This document shows, piece by piece, positions 12,007-25,582 of a DNA stretch of 64,000 nt. The notes beneath the pieces are model-generated. The model saw nothing but the letters and a program-made list of their open reading frames with translations. It searched no databases and was not told the DNA's origin. The DNA comes from Vicugna vicugna (lineage: Eukaryota), in assembly GCA_013265495.1 (NCBI GenBank), contig MU058423.1, positions 8,169,627 to 8,233,626 on the forward strand. The letters run 5' to 3'. How positions within the stretch are numbered: the first letter of the stretch is position 1; every line of letters begins with the position of its first letter. The translations under genes were made by a program, and so were the position numbers.

Positions 12007-13439
12007 TGAGGGCTTTTAATTATCCTTCCTCATGGTGGGGAATGAGGTAGGTCATCAATGAAAAACTTATTCTGATAAATTAATTGGCCAGCTTACAAAA
12101 TGATTTATAGACCCATGGAAGTGGAATAGATTTGAATTAGGCCTTAGTGTAATCATCATCACAAGTGTGTCTCTCTGAATCCTTTTTGGATTTTAACAGA
12201 TATGGGACTGTGGGTTCAAATCAAGGGTGGTAGAGTAAAGCTTGGTAAATTGAAATAGAGGAAGCTTTGAAAGAGACACCACAAAATCTGTTTCCTGACA
12301 CCAACTAAATGAGTGACACGGGTGTGCAACTTAAATGCTCCGAGCCTCTGTTTCCTGGTCTTTAATTTCCTTCAGGTTTGAAAACAGGATGATTTTGAAC
12401 TTGGTTCTGATCAGAAATGCTAGTGTATGTGAGTAGGAGGTAGAAGGCTGTTTTTGGTTTTTATTTTGTTTTCATTTTGAATTTCAGTCCCATGGTTTCC
12501 TGTTTGTTTGGAATTATGAATGTTCAGAGCTCATATAGAGAATATGCTATATATGTGATAAACAGCCTCAGCACAAGCAAGGTAAGAGCTAGAAAAGATT
12601 CTTTTGAAGCCAAAAGTAGCAGACTATCTTGTCCTTTAAATTGCAGGTACATTTTGACATGAAGACACCCACCCCACCCCCCAAAAAAATCTAAAAAGAC
12701 AAGAGAAAAGAATGGCTCTGTGAGAAGAGCTATTTGATCAGTCGAACAGATGAGGCCAAAACATTCACTTGCTGCCTTTACCAGACTCCATCTACTTGGC
12801 CTTCTGCTGCGAGGGCTCAGGAAGGAATATTACTGTTCCTCATGAGTGTGACCAGACAGATGCAGGGAAATAAAATAGGTCAACAAGACAGCACCAGGGT
12901 TTTGGGCCACACTGAGAAAAGCTCCAGGCTTTATGGCCTGTTTCCAGCTTCAGAAGAGTTTTCCTCATTTTTCTTGACCACCCTCTTCTAACTCCTCTAA
13001 GTGTTTATCCCTCCTAAGTTTGCACAAATATGACAGTGTACAAATATGTACAAATACATACCTCCCTCCTCCAAATGTGCACATACACCCATTCCAAACA
13101 CCGTCCCGGAGTGTGTAGCCAGAGGACATGTGTGGCATTTATGAATGTGGACAGGATTTGGAACCAAATAAGCAGTAAACAGCTTGCAAAAGGAACCTCC
13201 CTATCTGCTCATTTGTCACCAGCACTACACAGAGAAGAGGTTTTTTTTTTCTCTCTGCTTTTAGGTCCCAAAGTCTTTTTTATCTTTTCCTCTGATATTC
13301 CTCCCATTGATGCCTTCCTTGATTCAGGTCCATTGGCACATAAAACTGGGACGACAGCATCCCCTGCCCCAGAAGACGCAGGTCTAGTGGGTCAGTCAGC
13401 ATGTAACATTACCGGGATTGGGAACTAAGGGGAAATCCT

Positions 13440-13620
13440 AGAAAAGCTATTGTTTATTGTTTCCTTACTTACTAAGCATCGGATATGATGCTAAGTGACT
13501 ATTACGTAATACTTGTCTCATTGTTGCATTTTACGGGTTAAAAACTTAAAGCCCCAAATGGCTAAGTCCCACAGTCTGAAGTCACCCAAATGGAAAGTGG
13601 CACATGTAGCGCCGGAGCCC
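13440..13620 (-). mobile_element. MIR fragment
   Basis: 'tttactaagca...gtgact...cattttacgggttaaaaacttaaagccc'. Confidence 0.5.
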
Positions 13621-13845
13621 TTCTCTGTCAAGCTCTGGAAGTCCCAGGGCTTAACTCTACGCCGCAGTGATACGGATGAGGGCACCCATATGGCACTGTG
13701 GTAGCCTGCTTACTACACAGGACACAGGGATGTGGCCTGATAACCAGCATCTTTAATAAGCTCTGTGGTGTTCTTCCATAAGTGGCCCTTGTCACACACA
13801 CTGAAAAACGCTGGTCGAACAGCTTTTGGGCTGTGTCTCCAATCC

Positions 13846-14030
13846 AGCAGTACTCAAAATGAGATTCCCAGACAAGCAGGCACCTGCAGCACCTGGGCAC
13901 TTGTTAGAAATGCAAATTCTTGAACTCTCCCCCGGATCTGAGAAACTCCGCAGGCGGAGCCCAGCAATGTGAGTTTTAACAAGCCCTCAGGACAATTCTG
14001 ATGCATGTTAAACCACAAGAAACCGTGCTC
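13846..14030. mobile_element. MER5A hAT-Charlie MITE
   Basis: 'cagcacctgggcacttgttagaaatgcaaattctt...ttttaacaagccctc...attctgatgca'. Confidence 0.85.
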
Positions 14031-14714
14031 TAAGCCACCCCGATCTTGAAATGTTCAGGTTTGCGCCACATTTCCAACAATGTGGAAAAGGAAGCCTCCA
14101 ACACATTCGTGGTTTTATCCTGAGTGTTCGGCCGGTCCCAGTAACTCGCCTCTCACCGCAGACGCTAACCTGCCCCCAGTTCTCCAGGATTCTAACCTGG
14201 CGCTTATACTCCATAGCCCTTTGTCTGATACTCAGAGTCTCTGTTTTTATACATTTGTATCCACCCAACTCTGACCACAACATGGCTGGATTAAAAAAAA
14301 AAATCTAGTTCTCAGGAAGTTGTCGTGTCTCTCAGAGCAGGTCCCAGTGGTATCAGCTCTGATGAGAGCCCCAGAACCCACCTTGGGGTACCCGGATACT
14401 CTGTTTCACTTTGACTTCTGCTTGAGAACTCTTGAACTTGACCCCTGGGCTACTCAGTTCTTCATCACTGGACTCTCTAGTTGACACTGTTGATTGTCTA
14501 CCCAACATCCAGTCTTTCCTTCCCCTTCTCAGCATAATCCCATTGCTTTCAGATATCCACCCCATCGTTACTTTCAGAGAATATTGCAGATCAACCAATG
14601 TGCCAATGAGCACAGGACCCAGGGATCTGTGTGAATTTTGTCAGAAACTTGAGATTAGTCTTAGTTATAAGAGAATTTAGTCATTTTCTTAAGGAGATAG
14701 AAAATCTTAAGCAT

Positions 14715-14905
14715 AAGATAACTCTAGGTTGAAATACCAGCTCCTCCATTAACTATGTGGTTATAAGCAATTTATATTGCCTCTCTGAGTATTATCACCC
14801 TCACCCTAATATCCCAGGGCTGTTTTGGAGATTTAATGAGAAAATATTTCTAAAGTACATAGTTCAGTACCAAGCACATTGTACACACTAAATAAACATT
14901 GGCTC
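14715..14905 (+). mobile_element. MIR SINE
   Basis: 'ggttgaaataccagctcctccatt...ctctctgag...agggctgttttggagatttaatgaga'. Confidence 0.7.
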
Positions 14906-15264
14906 CTATTCTTTCTTTATGCCTATTAAATTCAAAAAGTGTACAAGGTTATTAACCAAAATATTTTATTAACCAGACTACTTATTCCCCAGTTACGATG
15001 GAAACCTGTAAAGGTTATCAATATAAAATGCTAAAATTCATTTACCAAAACTCTGATGTGGCTATTGGAATATCCCTTTGTATAGAAATAGTCAGTTGGC
15101 ATTTTACTTAACCAAAAAACTGGCTGTTTACCATCCTTACTTCATCTAGTCCAGCCTGCAGAGTTGAGTGTAGTTGCTGTGAATGTCAGTCTACACCACC
15201 CCTGTAAGGAGAGTCTTGTGCTATGTGATCTAAGATTCATCACTATTCATTTAACAAAAGAACG

Positions 15265-15670
15265 CGTTGTATGCTAATCTCTGGAACCTATGAATGTGTT
15301 CCCTTACATGGCAAAAGAACTTTGCTGGTGTGACTACACTGAGGACCTTGAAATGGGTCATTACCCTGGATTGTTCAGGAGGGCCACATGCAGTCACTAG
15401 GGTCCTTCTAAGAGGGAGGTAAGAGACTCAGAGGCAGAGAAGACAATGTGAGGGTGGAAGCAGAGGCCAGAGTGGTGTGGCATCACCAGGCAAGGAATCC
15501 AGGCAGCTTCTAGCAGTGGGAAAAGGCAAGGAAACAGATTGTCCCCTGGAGACTCTAGAAGGAGTACAGCCTTGCCAACCTGGTTTGGTGTTCCGACCTC
15601 CAGAACTTTAAAACAGTAAGTTAGTGTGTTACAACCCAATATTTGTGGTAATTTGTTACACAAATAGGAA
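15265..15670 (+). mobile_element. MaLR LTR (MLT1B/C/D-like)
   Basis: 'ctaatctctggaacctatgaatgtgttcccttacatggcaaaag...aaaaggcaaggaaacagatt...tgtggtaatttgttac'. Confidence 0.85.
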
Positions 15671-15689
15671 GAAAACTACTACATTAGAC

Positions 15690-16650
15690 GTCATCAAAAT
15701 TAAGAATCAATGTTAAGAAAATAAGAAGCCAAACTGCAGACTGAGATAAAATAGTTACAATGCTTATATCTAATAAAAGACTTGTGTCCAGAATATATAT
15801 AAACATCTTGCAACTCAATAATAATAGCACAACCCATTTTTAAAATAGCCAAAAAAAAAAATGCTAACAGATACTTCACAGGAGATACCTGAATGGTCAT
15901 AACCACATTGAAAAATGCCCAGAATGACTGGTTATGGGAAACAAATATTAAAACCAAGATGAGACCTTACTACACACCCATTTGAACAGCTAAAATTAAA
16001 AAGATGAAACCAGCCGCTGGTGGGCATGTGGAACAATTGGAACTTCCAGGCAATGCTCATTGGAGTGAAAAATGGTACAACCACTTTGGAAAACAGCTTG
16101 TCAGTTTTTTATAAAGTCAAAGTATATTCACCTGTGACCCAGCAATTCTACTCCTTGGTATTTACTGAAAAAAAATAGAAAGGAAAAAAGAAATCATATA
16201 TATACAAGTATTTGTACTAGTTTTACTCATAATAGTCCAAAACTGGAAACATCTCAAATGTTCATCAGTAAGTGAACAGGCACACAGAATGTTGTAAATC
16301 CGTATTACAGAATACTACTCAGCACCAAAAGGAACAAGTTACTGATGTACACAATATGAGTGAGAATCTCAAAAACATTATGCAGAGTTTTTTTTTAAAA
16401 AGCCAGACACAAGAATATATACAGTACAAGTCTATTTATATGAAATTCTAGAGAAGACAAACTCATCTATCATGACAGAAAGTAAATCCATGGCTGCTTG
16501 AGGCTGGAGGTGGGTGAAGAATTGATTGCAAAAGAGAAGGGGGAAACTTTTTGCAATAATGGAAACATTCCATACCTTGATTTTAGAGATGGCCACATTG
16601 ATATATGCATTTGTATGTAAATAATAATCCCATGAAATTGATGTTAAAAA
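15690..16650 (+). mobile_element. old L1 (L1MB/MC/ME-like) ORF2 C-terminus and 3' UTR
   Basis: 'tggtacaaccactttggaaaacagcttg...tgacccagcaattctactccttggtattta...aaactggaaacatctcaaatgttcatca'. Confidence 0.85.
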
Positions 16651-17717
16651 GACAGAGTGATTAATAAAATGGTGGGGAACAGGAAACTAAACTACATCAG
16701 ACTGAGATGAGGGCTAGAGCCAGAGCAGGAGGAACGGGGTCAGTCTGTCCGGTGGCTGCACGCGGCAGCAGCAGGAGCCACCTTAAATGGTCACTTAGAA
16801 TAGCTGGACAGACTTTAGGATTCTGTTATTAGGACCAGTCTCATAGGTCAGGCAATCTGCCTTGTTCAATGTTCGACAAAAATTTTCTAATGAGAAGTTG
16901 TTAGGTAAGATATGAAAAAGTCAATTCTACACATTTGGGGAAAAATAGATTTTATACATAAAGAAAAGTTTATACTTCATACATCAGAGCATGAACTGAA
17001 TAGACCTGAGGGAGCTACCTAGAGATACTGTCAACAAGAAAGAGCTTTCTGAGATTGTTTGAATTGTCACAACTCTACACCAAAAACAAACAAGGAAAAG
17101 AACGGTCTTTGTCAGAGCCTCAGGGACCCTCCACCTATCCAACCATTACCCCTTTGAAAATGGACATCCCGGGGCTGAAAAAGGCTCCCCACTGATTCTG
17201 CAACAAGCAAATGAATAAATAAATTACGTCTTATAGGTGTTTATCTGAATTGGCTCAAGGCAGTGTTCATCTTGTCCCTTGCAATAACAGTGGGAGAACT
17301 TGTACCCAGGCTACACACTTGTACATATGTGCTTTACAATTAGTCAGAGAAGTTATTCTTGAGGGTAATGACCCCTAGTTACTTCACCAGAAGCTAAAAC
17401 GATGCATTCGTAAGCCTGCATGGCCCTCTTGACTCAGGGCTAGCTGGTCAGCTACTGTTCTTTTGGAAACCTGCTTGTCGAAACCCAAAGTAATGACCAA
17501 AACTCTAGTGAACCTTCCTGATGCTATTCTGCTCAGGCTCTGTGCTGGCCAGTGAAGAGGAAGAGTGAAAGGACACGGTGCCTTCCACTCACTCATTCCT
17601 TCATTTAACTAGTGAAGAGAGTCAGATAATGTTTAAGTTACAATAATAGAATGGGTTGCCTCAGAATGAGTTCAAAAAGAGGTGAGCACCTAACCACAAG
17701 GAGAGGGTTTAGGGAGG

Positions 17718-18135
17718 TGTGGTAGGCAAAATAGTGGTCCCCCAGAGATGTCCACACCTTAAACTCTGGAATGTATGAATACATTGCTTACCATGAAAAC
17801 AAAAAAAGGACTTTGCAGGTGTGATTATGATTAAGGAGCTTGAGATGAGACTATCAGGGGTTAGCTGGGTGAGCCCAAACAAGAGGCTCCACATAAGAGG
17901 GAGCCAGTAAAATAAGAATCAGAGAAGGAGACGGATGATGGAAGCAGAGGTTGGAATAACGTGCTTTGAAGACCGAAGGCGGGACTACAAGCAGAGGACG
18001 GCGGGCAGCTGGAAAAGGCCAGGAAACAGATTCTCCCCAAGAGCCTCCAGGAGAAATGCTGTTCTGTTGATTCTTTGATTCTGGCTTATAAGATCCATTT
18101 TGGATTTCTGACCTCTAGAACTATATGATGATAAG
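17718..18135 (+). mobile_element. MaLR LTR (MLT1D-like)
   Basis: 'tgtggtaggcaaaatagtggtcccccagagatgtccaca...ctggaaaaggccaggaaacagattctcccc...tctgacctctagaact'. Confidence 0.85.
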
Positions 18136-20438
18136 TTCGAATTCCGCCCTCTATGTGAGGGTGCCTTTGTTTCTTGTCAGCCAGAGAGCAGGAAACAGAA
18201 GCAATCTCACTTAGCACTTAGCACATCAGTACTTTAGAGCAAACACAAGCTGCGGTGGCTTTTCCTGTGGCTCCTGCTCTGGGGACACTTTGTCAGGGCT
18301 CCCACGCAGCACCAGCTGCAGGAGGGGAAAACTGACTCTCTGTGGGACTGAGCTCTGAGGCCTGAGGAAAACACCGGAATCATTTCCCAGGGCCCCATCA
18401 AGAGCCAAGGCCCCTTGGCCCGAATCAGGGATGAGTCACAAATCGGGCAGCTCTTCAATTCCACGAGTCCACGATTCTCTCCTCCAGTGTCATGGACCTG
18501 AAGAGGGGAGACGAGGTGGGTCCAGACGCCTGGAGGCAGAACTTGAGGCCAGCCAGAAACTGGCCTCCTGTTTTCTTTTTATTTATCCCAGAGAGACATC
18601 AAGAGAAATACACTGCTCTTCCTAACCCCAAACTCTCAGCGGAGGCGAAAAGAATCACAAGTAACCATTGCCCAGAAGTCGATTTTGAAATAGTGGCTCC
18701 ACAAAATATTGAACATGCAATTTTGTATTTCTTGATAAACTGAGGTCAGAAAGCGTTACCATAATTGGCACATTGTATTTGTGTCCCCGGAGCCTAAGTG
18801 AGTGGGGTGGGGGCGGGGGTCATTAAGAACTCTTGTTTCTGGAGTTTGTTTGCCAGCAGCTCATGTATGTTGGACAACTGGCCAGAAGACACCAGAACCA
18901 TCCGCACACGCGTGTCACGATCTGCCTCGCTAATGCTTCCTGGCGTGCTTCCCAATTTCAGGTTAAAATCCCACACAATGGGGAATGGCCCTGGTCTCCA
19001 AAGATTCAAAAATAATGACGTGTGGAGGATAAAGATGCGCCATTTACTTTTATTCTTCCTCAGACAGAGACCCAAAAGAAAAAAAAGTTATTTAAAGGCA
19101 AAGATAAGAAAAAGACACTTTAATACAATTACCCTTTCAAAGGATTTGCCAATAAACTATTTTCGGCTGTCAAGTCAGCAGTTTTCCAAAGTCAGCCTAA
19201 GAGAGAAAAAGGACTAATGGAAAAGAAATTATCAAGGGAAATTTGACCATGGTTTAAAGAACAGCAGGTGGTACACAGCACACTACTACTTTTTATTTTT
19301 TACTTGCCTCAGAGACCCCCCGAAATCTAACCAAACTGACAGACAGCCACCCAGTATTATGACCTTATGCGTATCAACTCTGTGCAATAGTGGTATCAGT
19401 CTGACCTGCGGTGCTCCGCCTCACCACACCTATATCCTGTGTTCTTCAAAGCACACAGCAAGCAGCATCCTTTCTGACTTGCAGAGAGGGACTCTGAGGC
19501 ATCAGGAGACAGAAAGACCTTCCCAGGGGCAGAGGAGAGGCCCATGGGGAGACACACACACAGAGCCCTTTCCTCCCCCCACTCACCCCCATCCTCCCCC
19601 CACCACTGTCAGCTGTGACTCCTTTCTGACCCCAGCCAGACGAAGCCTCCTTTCCATCCAGACAATGGGAAACACTGACCGGTCTTGAGCAATTGGTTTA
19701 ATGTGACTCCGGAGTTTTCCTTAGAGATTTTAATTTCAGAAGTTAGAAGATTTATGCCTAGGGGTGATTCAGTGAACTTTTTTTTTATTGCCAAATGTGC
19801 ATGAATTTTGGTAAATTGCCATGGGAAAAAAAATGTTCCTGAGCTTACATTAACTTTCAATTTATTCTAGACTTGTTTATCCAGTTTGTCTGTTATTTAT
19901 ATTTTTAATTCCCCTCTCTCTCAGTGTCTACCTTTCTAGCCATTTTAATGCTCTCACAGTAGCATGGCAAGGAATACATTTCACTACTTTATAGTGAAAT
20001 ACCAGAATATGAAGAGGAATTAAAACTCCTAATTACTTCATATTTTCAGCAGTTTAATGCCGTACATGGTGGGAGAGAAGAATAAATCACTGCTATAATT
20101 AAAATTTGATGGTTGGCTGTACATTTTACTTATTTTACTATTAATATTTCAAACAGTATTTGTTAAGAGCTGACTACATGCAAAATAGTCTGAAAAAAAG
20201 AACTATATGACAGAAGAGAAAGAAGAAAAAGATACATAGTTTGCAGCCTGATAATCACACCTTATATTTGGTTAATGCAATTTTCGAAGTGTTCTCACTT
20301 TGAAATAATATTTATTCCCTCAGTAATACATACTGAAAATCTACTGTGTATCAGGCTCCGAGAAACGCTCTGAATATACATCAAATTGCTCACTGGCAGA
20401 AACTGAGTCCCATTATTTTCAACTAAACATCTGGCTCT

Positions 20439-20723
20439 ATTTTTTAAAAAAATTTATTGACATGTAGTTGATTTGCAATGTTAGTTTCAGGCGAACAGCA
20501 AAGCAATTCAGTTATACATATACATACGTATAGATTTTTTTCTTTTCAGATTCCTTTCCATTATAGGTTATTACAAGAAATTGAATATGGCTCTCTGTGC
20601 TGTACAGCAGGTCCTTGTTGTTTACCTATTTTGTACATAGTAATGTGTGTCAGTTAATCTCCAACCCCTAATTTATCCCTCCCCAACCTTTCTTTGGTAA
20701 CCATAGTTTGTTTTCTATGTCTG
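20439..20723 (-). mobile_element. cetartiodactyl L1 3' end, TSD-flanked
   Basis: 'gtagttgatttgcaatgttagtttcagg...caggtccttgttgtttacctatttt'; TSD AAACATCTGGCTCT (20425-20438) / AAACATCCAGCTCT (20724-20737). Confidence 0.9.
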
Positions 20724-20844
20724 AAACATCCAGCTCTTAATAGCTACCATTTTACTGAGTACATATAATGTTAGGTACTACATTCAATAATTGAGCAGAA
20801 ATAAAGACAGCTGGCATTTCGTCGAGTTCATCAGAACCGGGTTC

Positions 20845-21301
20845 TGTGAGTTGGGACATAACTCTCAGTGGGTTTCATGCACTCCTGCACCTCTTGCAGA
20901 CAGAGGCCCTGGCTGTCTTTGCTCTGGATTGCCTTTTCAAGGATATTTGTACAGCTGACAACCTTGGAAGATACAGAGATTGTTTCTACCAGAGCAAAGG
21001 AGCAGTTTACTTACTGCCCATCACGAAAAAATTGGAGTTCGCTGGGATCAGAGATCCCCTCTAGAACAGACCCACTGCATGTGCCGGCTTCACCTGGCTC
21101 TCAGGGCTTCACCTCCTGGGAAGCACAGCTCAGGTAACCAGCAAAATCACTGATGCGCTAGCTCACGCTATTGCTGTGACAAAAGTCGCTTGTCTATGAT
21201 CCAGGGGTCTTGTGTCTTTGGCTAGCACCCTTGAAACTGTAGCAGGCTAATTTGTCAGCCTGTAAGTAGGTAAAACCTCAGATCCTTCAGGGTTCTTGAC
21301 A
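20845..21301 (+). mobile_element. solo ERV LTR (MER90-like)
   Basis: TG...CA termini; 'gacataactctc...ttttcaaggatatttgt...gcaggctaatttgtcagcctgtaagtaggtaaaacctcagatccttcagggttcttgaca'. Confidence 0.7.
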
Positions 21302-23319
21302 CTGCTGAGCATTTTACATATGCTACTTCACTGAATCTTCTCCACAAACTGTTCATTTTATCCTGATTTTATAGATAAAGAACCCAAGGCTTAGAGACGC
21401 TAAAAACCTGCTCAGGGCCACATAGCTGGTCTTCCCCCTTCTGCTTCCAGCCCAAGATGTAAGCGTCCCAAAGTATGAGTGTGAGAAATGCCTCTGAGGG
21501 TACACACTGATTGAGGCACGGGAGCCGGCAGGCTTGGGAGGGAAGTCATGAGAACTTTCCCCGTGAAATGAGTTGCTCTGGGCTCTGCAGGTCAGGCTCC
21601 AGGCTTTGCACTTGACAGGACAGACCAGAGGAAGTACTGAGCAGAGCAAGGTTGACGAGAGTGGTATTTCAGAAAGTGATTCTATTGAAAGAGCTGTCGG
21701 GGAAAGAATCAAACCAGGCTTGAAGAAGCAAGAAGAGGAGCCGAAGTCAGAGAAGGGAGGGATGGAGACACAGGCAGAACCAGGAAGGCTGTTATCACAG
21801 CTCAGGATGCGGGGTCATGGGACTTGAGGCACACCCACAGGCAGAGTCCTCACTTCAGGGCTGCTGAGAACAAGGTGACCTCTCAAACTCTCAGATCTGA
21901 CTCATACTGAGAAGTCGCTCTAGAAATAAGAAAGCCCTTTTGGCCTCGAAAACTGTTAGCCTAGAGCTTCTTTCCCATTTGACTCAGAGAGACAACAGAG
22001 GCCACGGGGATGAGCCTCTTAACATCCTCGCAGATGTCAATCTACTGACCCACAACCCAGGGGCCCGAACATTCCAGAGCTAACAGGCACTGTGGGCAGT
22101 GACAGGGACCGTCCCCCCGTGAGAAAACAGGAAGTGAGTCCCCTACGATTTGACTTTGCCTCCAGAAGGCAGTTTCTCCACCAGACAGACAGCATGGGCT
22201 ATCATGGGCTATCAGCGTATCAGTGTTTCAGGAGGAAAACGGGGGTGGGAAGAAAAGTCAAATAATTTTTCTCCCATCAGAAGGCTTAGCATGTCCAAAA
22301 CTTGAATGGCACTCAGGAGGGAGTCAGAATCCTAAATAGCATATTGGGGATGATTTGACATTAGAAAAAGAAAAAAAAAAAGATGATGTCAAATTAGGAG
22401 GCCACAGACTACCAGCCCAGATTCTGCAGATCTAAACATATGGACAATCCTGATTTCCATACATTGGGGCACATTTTTTATGATCCTTTGGGGAAAATTC
22501 ACAAGTGCTATTAATAGCCTTTGACCTTGGAGATAGATCATGGTCAAACAGCAGAAGTTACACTTAGAAAGCACAGTCTCAGAGGTAAAGGTCAGACAAC
22601 GCACTAAAATACTGCTTAATATACAGAGCACTGTGCAAAAGTGCTGACCGAGGAGAAATAACTATTGATTAAACCTGGTGCTGCAAATCCCTGCAATGCC
22701 ATGAAGTGTAATGGGTCACAAAGGGGAGGCGCAGACCCCAGGGAGAGCTATGGGAAACATGACTCTTCTAATTGAAGTAAGTTTAGAAAACATACACTAC
22801 ATTTTGTTTTAATCCAAAACTTTAAAGATGGGGTAGAAGTGGCATCTTCACTTGTGCTTGCCTGACACAGCTTTCCACCCCCTCTTCCTGAGGGAATTCA
22901 CTGCTCACGTAAGCAGCAGCCCCAGGGACCGCAGGGCCGCTGTGTCTCTTCTTCACGGTCAGGGTAAGGCGGGGTTTGAAAAGTTCAAGCCAAATGCCCG
23001 CACGGTTCTCGATCCGGTCCCCCGCTCGGGGCCGTCAGTGTGCCCGACAGCAGCGGTGGGGGAGCCAGCTCGGGTCACCTCTCCCCACTGTCATTCTCCG
23101 TGGTCACTCGAGGCTCCAAGAAGGACGTTAACGCGGGGCCTTGTTTCTCTTTCCACTTTGCTCAGGGAGGAAGGTGATGGTCCAGCACATCATGAGCATC
23201 TTCACAGCTCTCCCCGGAACGCGGCAGAAGGAACACCCCAGCCCCTGAGGCCACCGCGCTCACTTGCCGCCCTCACCTTCATCCTCAGCACGGCTGCCAA
23301 GGTGACCCAACCCAGACAA

Positions 23320-23800
23320 GCTGAGCCTGTGACTTCACTTTACAAACAAAAGTTCACGGCTATACAAGACAGACACCAACTCTGGCTTACTTAATGAGAA
23401 AAGGAATGTTCTCGAAGGAGGACAGACAGGTCAGAGAATCAACATGCAGCCTGGGGAACCTGGATCACAAAACAGACGTGCATTCAGGGAAGCAAATCAC
23501 CACCAGGATGGGGCCCAGAAATGGTCTGCCTGGAGCTCAGCTGTAGGCACCGCTCCCCGCGGCAGGACCACAGCTCGGCTCCCCACCACGCTGCTGCTCT
23601 CGGTCTCTTTTCACTCTCAGGATACAAAGTCCCTGGCCTGAGCATCCATTTGCCAGAGCCTGGGTCCCACGCCTAACTCCGACCCGCTTGGTAGCTGTAG
23701 GAGGGAACGTCCACCTACAGAAACAGGAAGGGTCTGCAGAGGTCACAGAGCCAAAGACCCCACACCCCTCCAGAAATCTCCACTGCTTATGGCACAAAAT
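23320..23800 (-). mobile_element. decayed MaLR LTR (MLT1K/L-like)
   Basis: 'caactctggcttacttaatgagaaaaggaatgtt' resembles an MLT1 terminus. Confidence 0.4.
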
Positions 23801-23997
23801 CCAAGTCCTTAACCTGTCCTGGAGGTAACGGGAGGGCGTGTCCCAGCATTTCTGAGACAGTCTTGATTTAAATTTTTGTCCTAGGATAATTGTGGGGAAT
23901 TCTTTCACTCTCAAAAGTACCTGGGTTTTAAAAAATTATACGCTCAGCCTATTTATAAAGCTCTTCAAGACACAGCACCCGCCTACCTTTCCAACTT

Positions 23998-24515
23998 CAA
24001 GACAGGAAAGCAACCTAAATGTCCACTGACAGATGAACAGGTGAAGATGTGGTATATATATGTACAGTGGAATATTACTCAGCCATAAAAAAGAATGAAA
24101 TAATGCCATTTGCAGCAACATGGATGGACCTGGAGATTATCATATTAAGCAAGTCAGCTAGAGAAAGACAAATACCATACTATGTCACTTATATGTGGAA
24201 TCTAAGAAAAATTATACAAAGGAACTTATTTAGAACTAGAAATAGACTCAGACATAGAAAACAAATTATGGTTACAAAAGGGGACAGTAATGGGGACATA
24301 AATTGGGAATTTGGGATTAACAGATATGCACTATTATATATAAAATAGACAACAAGGACCTACCGTATAGCACAGGGAATTATATTCAACATCTTGTAAT
24401 AACCTATAATGGGAAAGAATCTGTAAAAGAATATATAAACGTGTGTGTATATGTAACTGGATCACGTTGCTGTACACCTGACACGTAAATCAACTACACT
24501 TCAATAAAAAAAAAA
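23998..24515 (+). mobile_element. cetartiodactyl L1 ORF2 C-terminus plus 3' UTR
   Basis: Translation EYYSAIKKNEIMPFAATWMDLEIIILS is the L1 ORF2 end; ends 'caactacacttcaataaaaaaaaaa'. Confidence 0.95.
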
Positions 24516-25582
24516 GTTGACTATTTGCCCTTTTTTTTTGTTTGCATCAGTAATAGAGACCAATTTGCTCCCTTTTTAATTCATTTTTTAAAATTCTTAG
24601 CACACTGGGAGGCAGTGTAGTTCCAGAGAGAACCAGATGAAGCCCAGAGGCAGCCCTCTCCAAACTGGGTTCCTAAGCCCAGGCCCAGGGCATCTGGCCA
24701 CTCCCCTGGGGCTCTGACACTCTGCCGGCTCCACCGAGCTCCTCCAGGAGCCCACACGCGGGACTAACAGCTACTTTCTGTCTTAGTCAATTCTGTCGTC
24801 TAAGACTAACCTCATTATGGTTTTCAAGTTCTGGCACCCCCCGAAGCTCCTCTTCAGGACGTCCTCCCTTCTCTAACGTCACCTTTCTGCCCCGCTGCCC
24901 ATGGTGCAGACTTCCTCTCAGGCTCCTTACGGCCCCTCTCAACCTGAGCCCAAAGTCTTCCCAAATGGTGAGGAGTTTGCAATGCTTTTTCCTCTCATCT
25001 GTCTTCTGTTCTCTCCCCTTAAAACTTTCTCTTGAATTAAACCAGCTTTGAATTTTAAGACGCTGGGGTGCACCACGGTAGGAGTCAAACGGCAATGCAG
25101 GGGTGAAATAGCAGAGAGCTCACGGAGGATGGAAGACGAGCCAAGCGGACGTTCCCCTCCTTCATCCTCCATCTCCTTGTATTCCTGTGATCCTTTTGCT
25201 GCTGTTTGGACAGTTTACTCTTATAATGACACTGCATTTTGACACCAGGCAGGTCTACTCCCTTCCCTTTAAGAAGGGACTCAGGAGGCTCTTCCTTCTA
25301 CAGACTCTGCCCAGGAGGGTCCCCAGACCTTTGGGATGCAAGCCTGGGGCCAGATCAAGAAGGAAAACCCCTGCAATTCTAAGGTTATTTATCTTTTCTT
25401 TCCCTATTGAAATAAACTCTCTTTCAGCATCACATGATGGCTTTCCTGACAGCTTCTGAATTTCCATATAGAAAGGTTTAGTGGTAGGAATCAGCTCAAA
25501 GAGGGAACTAAATGGCTGGCCTTGAAGCTACATTTGCATGGAAAGTACCCAGTTTGGGGTTGGATTATATGTTCCAAATCAG

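Noticed and set aside
18134..18152. GTTCGAATTCC B-box/EcoRI linker-like string at the end of an MLT1D
   Set aside because: No A-box or tRNA body, and too short to call vector contamination
22193..22214. 10-bp tandem duplication CATGGGCTAT x2
   Set aside because: Ordinary slippage duplication; no array or CRISPR-like repeat-spacer structure seen anywhere in the window
24049..24348. 99-aa ORF with real protein similarity
   Set aside because: It is the L1 ORF2 C-terminus running into the 3' UTR of a truncated copy
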